From NCBI GenBank assembly GCA_030141605.1, contig JAQGDQ010000060.1, positions 496,001 through 560,000 on the forward strand: 64,000 bases of DNA, in the 5' to 3' direction. Shown piece by piece: positions 49,801 to 61,231 of the stretch. How positions within the stretch are numbered: the first letter of the stretch is position 1; every line of letters begins with the position of its first letter. The DNA comes from Tubiluchus corallicola (Eukaryota; Animalia; Priapulida). The notes under the pieces are model-generated. The model made no database searches, was not told where the DNA came from, and saw only the letters and a list, made by a program, of their open reading frames with translations. Both the position numbers and the translations under genes were made by a program.

Positions 49801-52800
49801 AATAAAGTACTCAGCTCACGAATCTCTTTTAGCACAGTGACATTTTGCTGTTCCATTCTATCTAATCGTTTCTCTATTTCAGCTAATCGATCGCCCGACG
49901 GAGCCGACTGTGCCAACTGGGGAAGCTGTGATTGTAAAGTATGCAGTGACGGATGCGTCAAGAGGACTGTCAGAGCTTGCTGCAGCTGTTCATTACCAAG
50001 GTTACTAGACATTCTGGATGATCCGGATCTGTAACAAAGTAAAGATCCGTATAAGGAAAATGACATGAAGCATGGCAAATGAATGCACTAGCTTCATGAC
50101 AGAGTGCCACAACAGCAAAATTCTAAAACCTTGAAATTCAGTACTTTAGCTTTGCGTTGCCTTATCATGCAAAAGTGACTCTAGAAGTGAACATTTACAG
50201 CAAACTCTCACAAGCTCTTGCCACATGAGATCTTGGAAAACATACCAGACCAAACCAGGCACTACACCTGATAGATGATATAGTCATTCCAAGACCGTGA
50301 CTTAGTATATACCACTACGGAAAATGCGATATCTTTTAACTTGAAAATTGCAAAACCATTTGGAAAAACAATGTTGGAGAATTATCAATACTGAACTAGT
50401 AAAAAATCAGCTCCCACTGACATACACTTCAAATGAAAGGCTAGGCCCGTTTTACAGGTCTTCGTTAACAATACAAGAATAAAAAAACGAAACCTAATTC
50501 ACCTATGAGTAATGGCATTTGCATAGCACAAAGTTTGACCACATTCTGCTTAGACAAACTGACAGAATGTCAGTCTAGCAGGATGGCTAAAGCCGCAAAA
50601 TGCTTACATACAAATCAGTTTGCCATACAGACAGTTAAAAAAATGTGTCCACACAACTTTCACACAGGAAACATCCTGCTTTCTGCAGGAGAGAAACACT
50701 TGTCTATTATACTCACTACATCAAAACTGGAGGAATTCCTAATGGAAAAGCCAACTCTGGATCAACATTCATTGTATTTTAATGTACATTTAAAAATAGT
50801 ACCACATAATATACGCACTTAAAACGCCTTAAAAATGTAAAAGAAAATGCCGTTCACTCAGAAATTCAGCTATTCTAGCTAAGTAAGTCTTTGTGTTCAA
50901 AGTGTTTATGTCAAAATTAGTTATCGGATCAATCTCCCATAACTTTACATACAAAACTCATATAGTTTTAATCCACAGAAATATACCTCAAAATCTGTAC
51001 TATCACACACGATACAATTACAGATAAGCATGGAATTTTGCGAGCATACAGCAAGTGCTGTTCGAGTTACTCAGCTTTATAGACTTTTAATTTGTTAAAA
51101 TAATTATTCTCTTACTTTGTCGAGGTTAACTTACTAGCCGACTTGGCAATTACTGTATTATAATCAGTAACTGGTTTTTAGTACACTGTGGGCAACAGGA
51201 TTCATCAAAAAGAAAAAAGTTAATTTTCCACCTAAGGTTTTAGACCAGGGGTGTGCAAATTGCGGCCCGCCGAGAGAATTTGTGCGGCCCGCGAAGAGAT
51301 TTGTCAACCTAATGAAAGTGTGACCCGGTCGATTAATTGAGTGTATCCAGCTGAAGTCCGTGCCACGATCCCAAAGATAGTGCGGTTAGTTTTTTCTACT
51401 AGATCGGATGCCATTAACCCTTACAAGACGGTTGTAGCTTAATGTCACTGTACTACAACAGACTGTGTGATACACAGTACTAATATGCATTGTAATGAAA
51501 TTACCACTATCTGTCCTGAAAGTAGAAATATATGGTTTGTAATATAAATTTTAATAACTTCTAAAATAGTTTCTTGAGTGTAGTAGTAATGATGTACGCA
51601 GGTCGGATGCAAAAAAATCCTTATTAGGCCTTTCTGCATTTGGCTCCTTGATCAAACTGCCTGTGGCCCGCAGGAATTGCGGGAAAGTTTAATGTGACCT
51701 GGCTAGTCAGATAATTTGACCACTCCTGTTTTAGACTATTTGTAGCTGATATTACAAATCACAACTGCAAAAAGCTCCAGCAGGTGGCAGGATAACTCTT
51801 TATATTGCATGGTAGAGCGGATGACGTCATTTCTCGTTCAAGATGAACACGCTTGAGGTGATTGCAACTTTAAATTAATTTTACTAATTTACACAAGCAA
51901 TTTATCACAAATTCACTGCCGAAACTTTTTAACATTTTTCTCAAATATTAAAATGTCCCAAGAGATTTGTCTTTTGTTTTAAAGCAAAATGTATCAAAAA
52001 TTCACAAATATTTTCCAAAAATAACATGCTATTTGGCTTCAGTAAGGTCTATTTTGTTTGATAAGGAAAGCACACAATTCACTAGCCTACCTTGTTCGCT
52101 CAAGGATCTACTCGCAGGACTGCACCGGTTTACTGGTTTGGTAAACAAAACGTAATTTACAGACAGTGATGCAAACAATTCACTTCATTTTGAAAAGATT
52201 TAAATCAATAATCAGTATTAACTAACCTTCCAAGATTCTGTAAAGTGAAGTGAACAAAGCATTTGCATGCGAAAACTTCTCCGAGCTCCAGATATAAATT
52301 ATTAATAATATGCTAATCAAACTGTTGAGTGTGGTAAAAACAGCTCGATTAACTAGAATTAGGCCTAATTTGTAATCAAACATAAACAAGCAGACAAAAC
52401 TCACGTGGAATAGCAAATGTCAGTCACATGTAAGAAATGTATAAGGAAATTGTTTTCTCTGCCTTATCATTGTTGTGCAAGTGAAACGACAGTAGACTCT
52501 TACTATCCCTTATTTTGATGTGTTCTAAAGGAAATGATCAGTTTTCTCCTTAAAAGAAAAGCAGACGATTGTGTAAACATTAGTTCAGAATAAAGAATGC
52601 TCTAAAATATTGAAAACTACAATAGCTTTTTTTAATCAAAGCTTAGATTAAATAATAATTTCGTCGGATACTCAAATTGCGTTAAACTTTCAAAGCTACG
52701 CGTGGCTCAGTGTATCTACTAAGATTGGCAACGGCACCTTTTTGTCACATGCACGTGGCTGACAAATAGAAGGCGGTACCATGATAACCATGATCATGAA

Positions 52801-55800
52801 CTGAAGTGTTAGTTTCTGACGTCATATGACGTAGAGCCCATTTTCGTGACATCACGCGTCTAAACAGTACTATAAAACTTGACGTGTAAGGGAAGATGCC
52901 TGTTAATGCACAAACTGTGGTTAGTTTCGAACGTAAGCAATAGGTGTGTTCAGTTGCCGTCAATTAACTTTCTAAGCTAATTATTCAAATATAAGAAACA
53001 ATTGCTAACTTTTATAGGAAAGAAAACATATATTTTGCACAGTAAACTAAAATGAGATTGAGTATAAACAATCGTCCAGTTTTCCTTTAAAATCGCGTCT
53101 TGAGATGTACGATAATGCCTATGAGATGCTTCAGGCTATCTACCTCTAGCGTACATCCCAGCAGATGGAGGGACATACGTGTAATTCTAGTATAGCAGAG
53201 CTCTCACAGACATACTTAAATGCGCAGCCTGTGTGTTAGGCTTCATCTATGTGCGTATTTATTAATTTATCAATTAATGTTCACATAATAACTCTCATTT
53301 ATCTTTTATGATTTACTGTGTGCAACTAACTTTATGTGAACTTAGAAGCAAAACTGAATAGGCACAAAATAAAACTTGAAAAGCAGCAAAAGAGCCACCT
53401 TCTGGAAACTAACATCAGCGCCGAATGCATAAACATATATAGAGTGTTCAAACGGCATGCGACTAATACCAAATGCAACTACACTTCTTACACAAGATAC
53501 TAAGAAAAAAGATTCACAGCATGTCACTCAGTGAAAGCTACAATAACAGCATCATGTCTACTTTTATGCCCAAGCGTTTTTTCCCTTCATCCAGAAAAAT
53601 TAAAATTTCTTACGGGCAAGCTTTCCCAACTAAAAAAAAGAATATGTGCTCAACAAAATGTAAGAAACGATCTACAATTATAAAAAAATAGAAGTTCTAT
53701 CTCACACGAGTTAAATTATCTGTTTTTCCTGACCACTTTACCAAATGAAAAATTTATCAAGTTTTAACTCTACAGTATTAACTTTTATCAGGCACTTTCT
53801 TGCTCTAACTGACACATTTTAAACAGCGACACGCCTGAATTACTCTTATACTCATGCATAGAAAACCAAATTAAACAACAATGAACTTATCAGAAATAGT
53901 TTGGGCTGTTATGCCATGGCTACTTAGAGAAGAACAATGCAAAAGAAATCTCGTATCACTCATACTGCAGATTACATATTGCATCTGAGCCAATAGAAAG
54001 TGTAGAATTTTTCCTAATATGAACAAAACAGCTTCACAGAATGTTTAACTACGTTAACAACTAATAACATTAACAGATAAGCAATTCTCAAACGTAAATT
54101 GGAAGGCATGTAAATTCACACCATAAACCCAAAATGGATTGTTAAGTCGTCGAAACAAACAACTTAAGCTTACTAATTATTATAGTCTAGATTGTAGTTT
54201 ACAATTACAAAATCATCAATCAAAATTAAATAAATTAACATATCTTGTTCCTACTAATAATAATTACTAATTGTGTCACATGACAGAACCCTACAGTAAA
54301 GGCAACTATAACCAAAAAGTATTTAAGTGTACTTTGTACTTTAGTTCATAATAAACACATTATTTAGCATAACACTAATCGAATTTGTTGTAACTATAAT
54401 CACAGTTACTGAAAACGCCAAAGACCCAAATGTTTCCGTCATTCTTAACTTATTCATCACGTAATTTCCGACACCGCTGTAGAATCTTAACTTTCGGCAA
54501 CGACAACTTGGCAAGCCAATGAACATACCAGCAACAAAGAACAAATGGAGGACGTTACTTTCGCTTGCTAAATTCACCCAGATAATTATTGTTAACCTTT
54601 GGTATCGGAAACTTGTGCATGTCCTCCAGAAATATTCGGCGGCATTTGTTGTTCATTGCGCGTCGAATCGCTTTGCGACACGGTACCTCATTCATTGTCC
54701 CGGGGTACTCTATCTCCAGCTGCGCCAAGATGGCATTCACTTTAGCTGGCTCCAACTTATTCTTCATGATCTGTCCCATTTTAGTAAGAGCCACGCCACC
54801 TTTGACAGTGCTCGTCCGAAGCTCCTCGCGTTTGAAAACAAAGTCCATTAACTTCAGCACGAATACGTTAGCATTTCCTCGAGTCTGGTCATAAACACGA
54901 TCGTAGTCTGCTTTCGGCACTGGCAAGGGGTTATTTGTTGTGGCACCAATAAATACTGTATCATCAATTAGTATGCCATACTTCGGTTCATCAGCTTTGG
55001 ATTTGGAGTTGTTAAAGAAAACTTCTACAGGTGTGTCCTCAAAAGAGTCTTCGATCTCTATACCAACAGCATTACTAAGCTGTTTAAGTAATCGAGACCC
55101 TGACAAAATCACGGGGCCTCTGGAACTGTCAGCATCAGCTGCGCGATAACCTTTACCTTTTCCTCGTGAAGTACTTGTACTATTTCCGTTACGCTTGACA
55201 CCGGAAACAGAATTGCTTTGGCTTTGTGTTTTAGCAGATGCCAAGTGCTGATTCTTTTTCCTCTTTTTCGTTGAAAAAATAGAACGTACTCGACGTTTCT
55301 TTCCTTTCCGGATTTTTATGTGAGTTGATTCCATGTTTGGCACACCTGTTTCTGCAGCAGTATCCTCTTCTTGATCAACAGTCAGTTCTACTTCAGCAGC
55401 AGTGAAAGTTTTAAGGGTCTGCTGAGCTAATGAATCAGAAACAACTGGCATATCTTTAGACGTCAAGTCTTTACTTTTCTTGAATGACGATGCAGATGAG
55501 ATATTTGGCACTTTATTTGATTCAAATTCTAGTTGATTATTTATATTGCACTCAGCTGTTTCACCGCCTGGTTCTTCTATGATAGGCTCAGTTTCTATCT
55601 CTGGTTGTTCAATTATGGGATTACTTTCATCAACCTTACCTGTGCAAGGTTCCACGGCATGTCCTTCAACATCGACGTTTCTTCCAGAACTGTTTTCATC
55701 AATGTTGACAACACAAGGAGAAGTTGCAACATTCTCCAAAGTAGCTAGATTCGACACTACATCACGGAACTCTTCCGACTCGCGTCGTCGAGTGGACTTT

Positions 55801-58800
55801 GCGGTTACCGTGTAACACGTCGTTAAAAACGTACTCAACGCGCGAAGTTCTTTCACCATTGCTACAGTTTGCTGCTCTACCCTGTCTAAACGCTTCTCAA
55901 TTGACGTAAGAAGGTCAGGAGACAAGGGGGTAACTTGTGGCGACTGGAAAGACATTGGAGTTGTTACAGCATCCGCTGTTTGTTGAAACTGTTCACTATC
56001 GGGGCAATTAGAATGTTCGGAGAGTCGGGATCTGCAAGAGATGAAAGATCCATATAAGGATTTTGAGCATCACTCCTCACAAGCTTAGCACTATTTTAGC
56101 CATGAAACTGCTTAGTTGGAGACGTAATTCAAAACTTCACGGGTTCCAATAATTATTAAAGCTGGCTGTCCAAGGTGCTACTTGACAATGTACTGTTCAT
56201 TCATTTTTTATGTGAAATACTGGAACACAGCAATAGCTGGGTCAAGAAAGTTAAAATTTTTATTAAGAAACAACAACAAGTATGACCACAAATGTTATAA
56301 TGTATTTAGAATCAATTTAAGTCAAAAACATAACAATGTTTGCACAAAAGCACACTTATTGTCTAGTACAAGAAACAAATCATTATTTTAATCTTATATA
56401 ATGAATAGAGCTAGCGACTATCTGGAAAGAACCTACTATGTGAATAGTTTTTATATTTAAAAGCTACTTATATACAGTAAAAAATACCTTAACACAAATT
56501 ACACAATAATACATAAAAATATATTTATGCTGTTTTGCAAGCTTAGGCAAAAGAATCATTTTACTGCATTTAAAAGGAAATTCGACTTTGACAGAGCTGA
56601 ATGCCTCGACACTGTCTGTCAGTTTAATGCACCATTTCCAAAACAAGCTTACTTAATTCAGTCGCTGTCTAGCATACATTACCTTAGTAAAGATAACACT
56701 TTGATGAAAAAATAAATATTTAACATTATAAAAATTGAGGCTAAAAATCTACTGCACAGAATTCGAAACAATATCACTGGAAAATTAATATTAACTTATT
56801 TATACATATAAAAGTCCATTTCCATAAAACATTTCAACATCACTAATTTTCTATGCATAAAAAGTGACTAATGACTACATTGCAAATGACTCTGGCAACA
56901 ATACAGCAATAACATTTCTCTAAATGTAGACAAGGGAATGTGCATGTCAGACAAGCTGGCAGAAAAAATTATACAAATGCTGTTCACAAAACCAATTATC
57001 TAGCTACTGGAAGTCGAGAGTGGAAATTAAACCCATCATAGAACCTGATAGCAAAATAACAAAGTTTAGTTTCAACAAACAAAAGTCTATGTGCGACGCG
57101 GGTTAATTCTGACAACAAAAGGCTTGCTTGGGTCGCATTGCTATATGTACTCTTTTATAGCATCATCTCCATACCCTGCTACTTAAAATGGTTTGCGACT
57201 ACCTGTTGGAGTGCTTCACTTTTCTGGGCAGAAAAACCAATACCTGTTCTGCACAGCTAAGATGAAAATTTTCACAAGTGCAGATGTTAGTTATTTTTCT
57301 GGCCAGTGGATAAGTTCTAGCGTGCTTGTAGTTGACGCATCTGGCTGGCACATGATTTTTGATGCAAATTCTTTACCATGGAAAGATGAGTTAAGTGTCG
57401 TTTGGCAGCAAAAAGCACAGTGTTGCTGTTGTATGGCCTGTTTTCCTCAGCTTCATTACTATTACATGGTTTACAGAGCTGGTCGAGCCACAACAAGTGT
57501 GTTGTCGTTCCATTTCAGTCAACTGTTTGTACGTTGCCGTTGCGGTCTACACGAATGCTGCTTAACTGAACCACTTGTTGTCGTTCCATTTCAGTCAACT
57601 GTTTGTACATTGCCATTGCGGTCTACACGAACTGGACCACTGTTATGTACAGACGCTATGCAATTAACCAAAGATTACGCCAAAATGAAAAATCTAATGA
57701 GTTATCAATATTTCGGTTCTAAATGCAGAGAGAATTTTTGCATCTCTGCAGAGACTTTAATAAACTGTTAATAAGTTGTAAATCTATGTGCATCATATGG
57801 TTTCTACACACAGATCTACAATTAAATCATCTGTCTAACTTAATCATATTTTTAGTGCAAGAACCACAAGTGCTGGCGAGCAGCTAAGAAACAAATGAAT
57901 ATAACAGCAGAAAAAGGAGCACTTGGGCACTTGACGTAACTGCAAACTCCACAAGTGAAGTTGTGCAGTGTCCAATAAATCAGATCCAGAAAGGAATCAG
58001 ATTTTTTTTTCTGATTTTCCTGAGCCGAAATGAAACAAAGCCAAAACTATAATAATCCTAACGGAAACATATCCAAAAGTTCACTAATCCTAACCGAAAC
58101 AAAACCAAAACTGCACTTAACTTAAGTCTACAAATGAAACTAAGCAGACACTAATTGCAATTGTAATAATCTTATTGTATAAAATGATCTGAGAATCTGA
58201 GAGACAATTTTTTGCGAGATATTGCACTGTTTGGCAAGGCAGAGGGATGCTAGCATTTTGTGAAGAGGGGTGATGTAGAAGAGAACCACAGAGAAAAACT
58301 GCTAGCCAAGCCAAGTGCCCAATAAATCATTACAGCATGTGAACTGATCACTACAAAAACAAGCAAATGTTATTTCACATCTCAATTTAACATAGTTTCT
58401 TACTGGTGCTGTGAAGATGTAATAAAACGCGGCGGGCATTTACGCCAGGTAGGTAAACATTGAAACATCAACTAAACAGCTAGCTGGTCAAGTTCCTAGT
58501 CAGAAACCCAAAGAGACACTTAAGTGTTTTACCTGCATATCAATACACACATCTAGGCGTGGCTACAAAAAGTCATTGTTAAATTTCATTCATGTGACGC
58601 GGTATATGGTCTTACAATAGAGGGTAGTACACGACCTTTCACTAGGGGGCACTAAAATAACAATGTAGTAGTACAGAACAATTTATTACATGGATAGCGC
58701 AAATCTATCATGTCCTCAGAATTTAGCGTGAAAACCTCAAGTATCTTGCTTGTGCCATCAATGGCAATAATCACAATGAAATGGTCAGGGTAAGATTACT

Positions 58801-61231
58801 CAAAATATTGTTTGAATAAGATCAGCTGAATGTTAATACAGCATAAGGTAAGAATAAAAGGAATATACAAATCCTAGTAAGAGAGAAGGCAGTTTGGGGT
58901 TCTTCTTCAAAACGTTGTTACGTAGGTCTGGAAACCCTTGACCCAAACCAAATTGAATCCCAGTCAAATTTCGTGCCTTAATCTGAGACACATTCACTTT
59001 GGCCCAAGCACTGTCAGCTGTTCCATAAAAGCAATTTTTAGCCAATAACAAGTAACTCAAGAAGAAATAAAGTGATATTACATTAGTCACGGTAATATTG
59101 AAGAAAGGAACAAGATTGATTTATAAACAAAGTAAGATAACAAACGATCTCCAAACTAAACAGCTAAATGGCATGAATAAACTTAATGAGCATTATTACG
59201 TTTATAATCGCACCAAAAATCTATAAATGCACAGAAAATAGTTGCAAATTTATGCTTCATTACTACAAATGCAAGCAATTCACCTAACAAGAACTTGATG
59301 CAAACTTTTCGAACAAATAACTACTAATGTGACTAATTATTCCCTCACTTCACTCAAAAAACATCAAACTAAACCTAAAATACTTAAAAACAATCAACAG
59401 GTGCAATTATAAAAAGTCACACTATAAATTAAATAGTTTCACATCTCAAACACTTAGCCTAATTCTCCAGGTAACTAACCCAACTTTTCATTAGCTAAGA
59501 AACTGCCAAGCTTATCTAGAATTCGGCTAAATAACAGAATTATCTCAAATCATATTTTGCACAGCTATCATGTTGATATAGAATTTTCACTTACAAGTAG
59601 TCAAGTACAGCGAGGAGGCGTGACTACCGTGTAATAATTGTAATTAGGTATTTCTTGCATTTTTAACCTATGACTGACTACAGTTTATAAAACATACAAA
59701 AACGTGTGCTTACCTTCGTGAGCTGAAAAAAAGAAAAAAGACAACATCAGCATCAAAATACATTCAGTAAGTAACAACAAAAAATATGGCTGTGCAAATT
59801 AAAGGAAAGCAATAGTCAAATTTAGAACATAGCTCAAAATAATGTATGGACTAAAGTACAGACAAGAAAAATATTGTCTTTTTAACAAGCACAGCTTTAC
59901 AAAAATGCACTACATGAAAAATAAGCAATGTATTGGATCCATCAGAAGGACTCGACCCAGTCATGACATAGACCCAGGATGACAACTAAGCCACACGAGT
60001 GCATACAGCTTGAAATCATGAATTCAAAAGCACAAAACTTATGCTGTTGCGAATTTTACATGGAAATGTCAAGTTTCACCTTTCACTCTTATATAAATGT
60101 ATGAAATGTTAATAAACGTTATGGGAGTTCACGAAAATCGAGAAACTTTTGGAATTTAGCCTATCAGTGACCTAACTGTTAGACGTGCTCGGGGTAGCTA
60201 ATTAAATTTCTAACTTACCGGTATTATTTAACTATCAGATACATGTGTGTGGAAAACGTCCGGAATTCGACTATCATGCTTTTTCAGTTTATTCACACAT
60301 TCTGAATCTATATCTATTGAGGTTCACTTGATGCAAGCTCATCGCTCTACGTTATTTTTGATGGAAATAATCAACAAAAAACTGAGGCCTGTGCTGTGCA
60401 GACTAAAAAACAATCTTAATAGAACTGCCATTGAAATTTGCCATTGTTTTTGTCTGATTCCTACACAAACACCTTAGCAATAGCAAGAAAGAGTGGCCCG
60501 TTAATGGCTTTTCAAGATAATAATCTGGAGCTGATAACGAAAGTAACTGCAATAAAATGGCCGCTCACAGGAAGGAGTTTAAAAATATGAGTCTTAATTT
60601 TTAGCCAGTAAATGAGAGAATATTTGATGTTAACCGGACATTTGATGCAATCAACTTAAAGGCTAACCTTGACATTGCCGATTTACGGACGGTTAAATTA
60701 ATTTGCATGTACACATTTCGTAATAGCAGTGTTCTCTCGCTACTTCGCACTTCGTTTATCGCGGACATTTTTATGAACATTTAAGTAAAGTTTTTTAAAA
60801 GGTACATGTACAGTATGGGAAAAGGTTATTAATGTATAAGAGTGTGGGGAGGGTTAATAAGGGCTTAAAATAATGTATAACTACTAAGATAAGTATAGTG
60901 TCCCTACTTCGCTGATATTCACTTATCGTGGGTGGGCCTGGAACGGAACACCCACTTAAGTGAGGAAACACTGTATTACAGGTAAAAATTGTATATTTTA
61001 TATCACATATTTCAGGCATAGCCTGAAAAATCATTGCACTTTCCTTTAAATAATATTAAGACATCCAGCTGCAAAAATTATTAAAGAAGCAAGGATAACC
61101 AACATAAAAAAATGATAAATTTTACGTTCCTCTCTAATAACGCAGATACGTACTAGTATCTAGACTTGCGTCCTCTAGAACGGGAACGGGAACGGCTGTA
61201 ACGTGACCGACGTGGCGTTCTCGATCTGCTT
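37810..61231 (-). CDS. TRA2: Transformer-2 homolog (RS-RRM-RS splicing factor), 5'-partial
   Basis: Exons on -: 61154-61231, microexon 59714-59722, 44748-44862, 42314-42442, 41582-41641, 39911-40026, 39510-39649, 37810-37820. All are GT-AG with consistent phases. Diagnostic motifs: [40 protein letters not shown]1 [50 protein letters not shown]. The start codon was not found in the window. Confidence 0.93.
39510..39649 (-). CDS. TRA2: TRA2 exon, Gly/Tyr linker and RS2
   Basis: cag|[46 protein letters not shown]|gtaagt. Confidence 0.92.
39700..39840. repeat. Degenerate ~19-22-bp tandem repeat in a short TRA2 intron
   Basis: Recurring GAACAC(A/G)GAGACG(G/A)C(A/G)TCC. Confidence 0.75.
39911..40026 (-). 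CDS. TRA2: TRA2 exon, end of RRM
   Basis: cag|[38 protein letters not shown](R)|gtataa. Confidence 0.95.
41051..41471. mobile_element. Tigger-like MITE, family C
   Basis: TA|CAGTGTTCCCTCGCTACTTCGCGG...AAGTGAAGGAACACTG|TA. A shorter copy lies at 60727-60973. Confidence 0.8.
41582..41641 (-). CDS. TRA2: TRA2 exon, RNP1
   Basis: tag|[20 protein letters not shown]|gtaagt. Confidence 0.95.
41910..42113. repeat. CT-rich low-complexity tract (GA-rich on the TRA2 sense strand)
   Basis: Mosaic of (CT)n and (CCCT)n. Confidence 0.9.
42314..42442 (-). CDS. TRA2: TRA2 exon, RRM start (RNP2)
   Basis: tag|[43 protein letters not shown]|gtgagt. Confidence 0.95.
42512..42975 (-). mobile_element. LINE 3' end with C-terminal zinc-finger remnant and (TCTA)n tail
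   Basis: The - strand reads [17 protein letters not shown]...[15 protein letters not shown]. The tail region 42512-42640 is tandemly duplicated. Confidence 0.7.
43802..44465. repeat. Minisatellite, 34-bp unit, about 19.5 copies, inside a probable TIR element (about 43575-44480)
   Basis: Unit GCATG(G/A)CGAGTGCTAGATGTGAGGGCAAACTGGG. The flanks AGTGTCTGTCTAA and TTGGGCAGACACT form an imperfect inverted pair. Confidence 0.93.
44748..44862 (-). CDS. TRA2: TRA2 exon, end of RS1
   Basis: cag|[38 protein letters not shown]|gtgagt. Confidence 0.95.
44985..45130 (-). repeat. Tandem duplicate of the TRA2 exon acceptor and first ~60 exon nt, with an in-frame stop
   Basis: Matches about 44805-44950. 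The acceptor GCGTACAG is intact (AG at 45047-45048) and is followed by C CGT TCC CTT AAT TGA. Confidence 0.85.
45603..46190. mobile_element. Kolobok-like family K copy
   Basis: AGCACAAGAAAA...TTTTCTTGTCCT with TTAA flanks; collinear with 14137-14801. Confidence 0.75.
48627..50028 (-). CDS. BEN-domain protein B (coiled coil + C-terminal BEN); single large exon, possibly an alternative last exon of TRA2
   Basis: Open frame 48627-50078. Coil [32 protein letters not shown] motifs [22 protein letters not shown]...[10 protein letters not shown]...[10 protein letters not shown]. Acceptor TTACTTTGTTACAG has its AG at 50029-50030, phase 2; an in-frame ATG follows a few codons later. Confidence 0.88.
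51246..51728. mobile_element. hAT-type MITE (inverted copy of 2167-2653)
   Basis: CAGGGGTGTGCAAATT start and a decayed right TIR, with flanks GTTTAGAC/TTTTAGAC. The interior is nearly identical to the reverse complement of 2167-2653. Confidence 0.9.
54555..56031 (-). CDS. BEN-domain protein A (coiled coil + basic NLS + C-terminal BEN); single large exon, possibly an alternative last exon of TRA2
   Basis: ORF 54555-55955 stays open up to the acceptor TTCATCTCTTGCAG (AG at 56032-56033, phase 2). Coil [29 protein letters not shown]; NLS-like [18 protein letters not shown]; BEN motifs [22 protein letters not shown]...[10 protein letters not shown]...[10 protein letters not shown]. Confidence 0.88.
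57500..57631. repeat. Short tandem duplication (~76-bp period)
   Basis: TGTTGTCGTTCCATTTCAGTCAACTGTTTGTAC...TTGCGGTCTACACGAA occurs twice. Confidence 0.85.
59714..59722 (-). CDS. TRA2: TRA2 9-nt microexon
   Basis: Long pyrimidine tract TCTTTTTTCTTTTTTTCAG|CTCACGAAG|GTAAGC. It is frame-preserving and adds Ser-Arg to RS1. Confidence 0.75.
60727..60973. mobile_element. Tigger-like MITE, family C, short copy
   Basis: CAGTGTTCTCTCGCTACTTCGC...AAGTGAGGAAACACTG|TA. Confidence 0.75.
61154..61231 (-). CDS. TRA2: TRA2 RS1 exon
   Basis: tgtgtag|[28 protein letters not shown]|gtacgt; phase 2 at both ends. Confidence 0.9.

Noticed and set aside
50029-50078. N-terminus [16 protein letters not shown] of the 483-aa ORF call
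   Set aside because: It lies in the pyrimidine tract and acceptor shared with the paralog, so it is most likely intron.
48528-55815. Several + strand ORFs overlapping the BEN ORFs
   Set aside because: Antisense shadows of the real - strand coding sequence.
57193-57771. 192-aa + strand ORF
   Set aside because: Non-ATG start, no recognisable domain, and it overlaps a local tandem duplication; probably a chance ORF.
58860-58985. Possible poison exon containing GAAGAAGAA
   Set aside because: A single motif, a weak acceptor and no clear donor.
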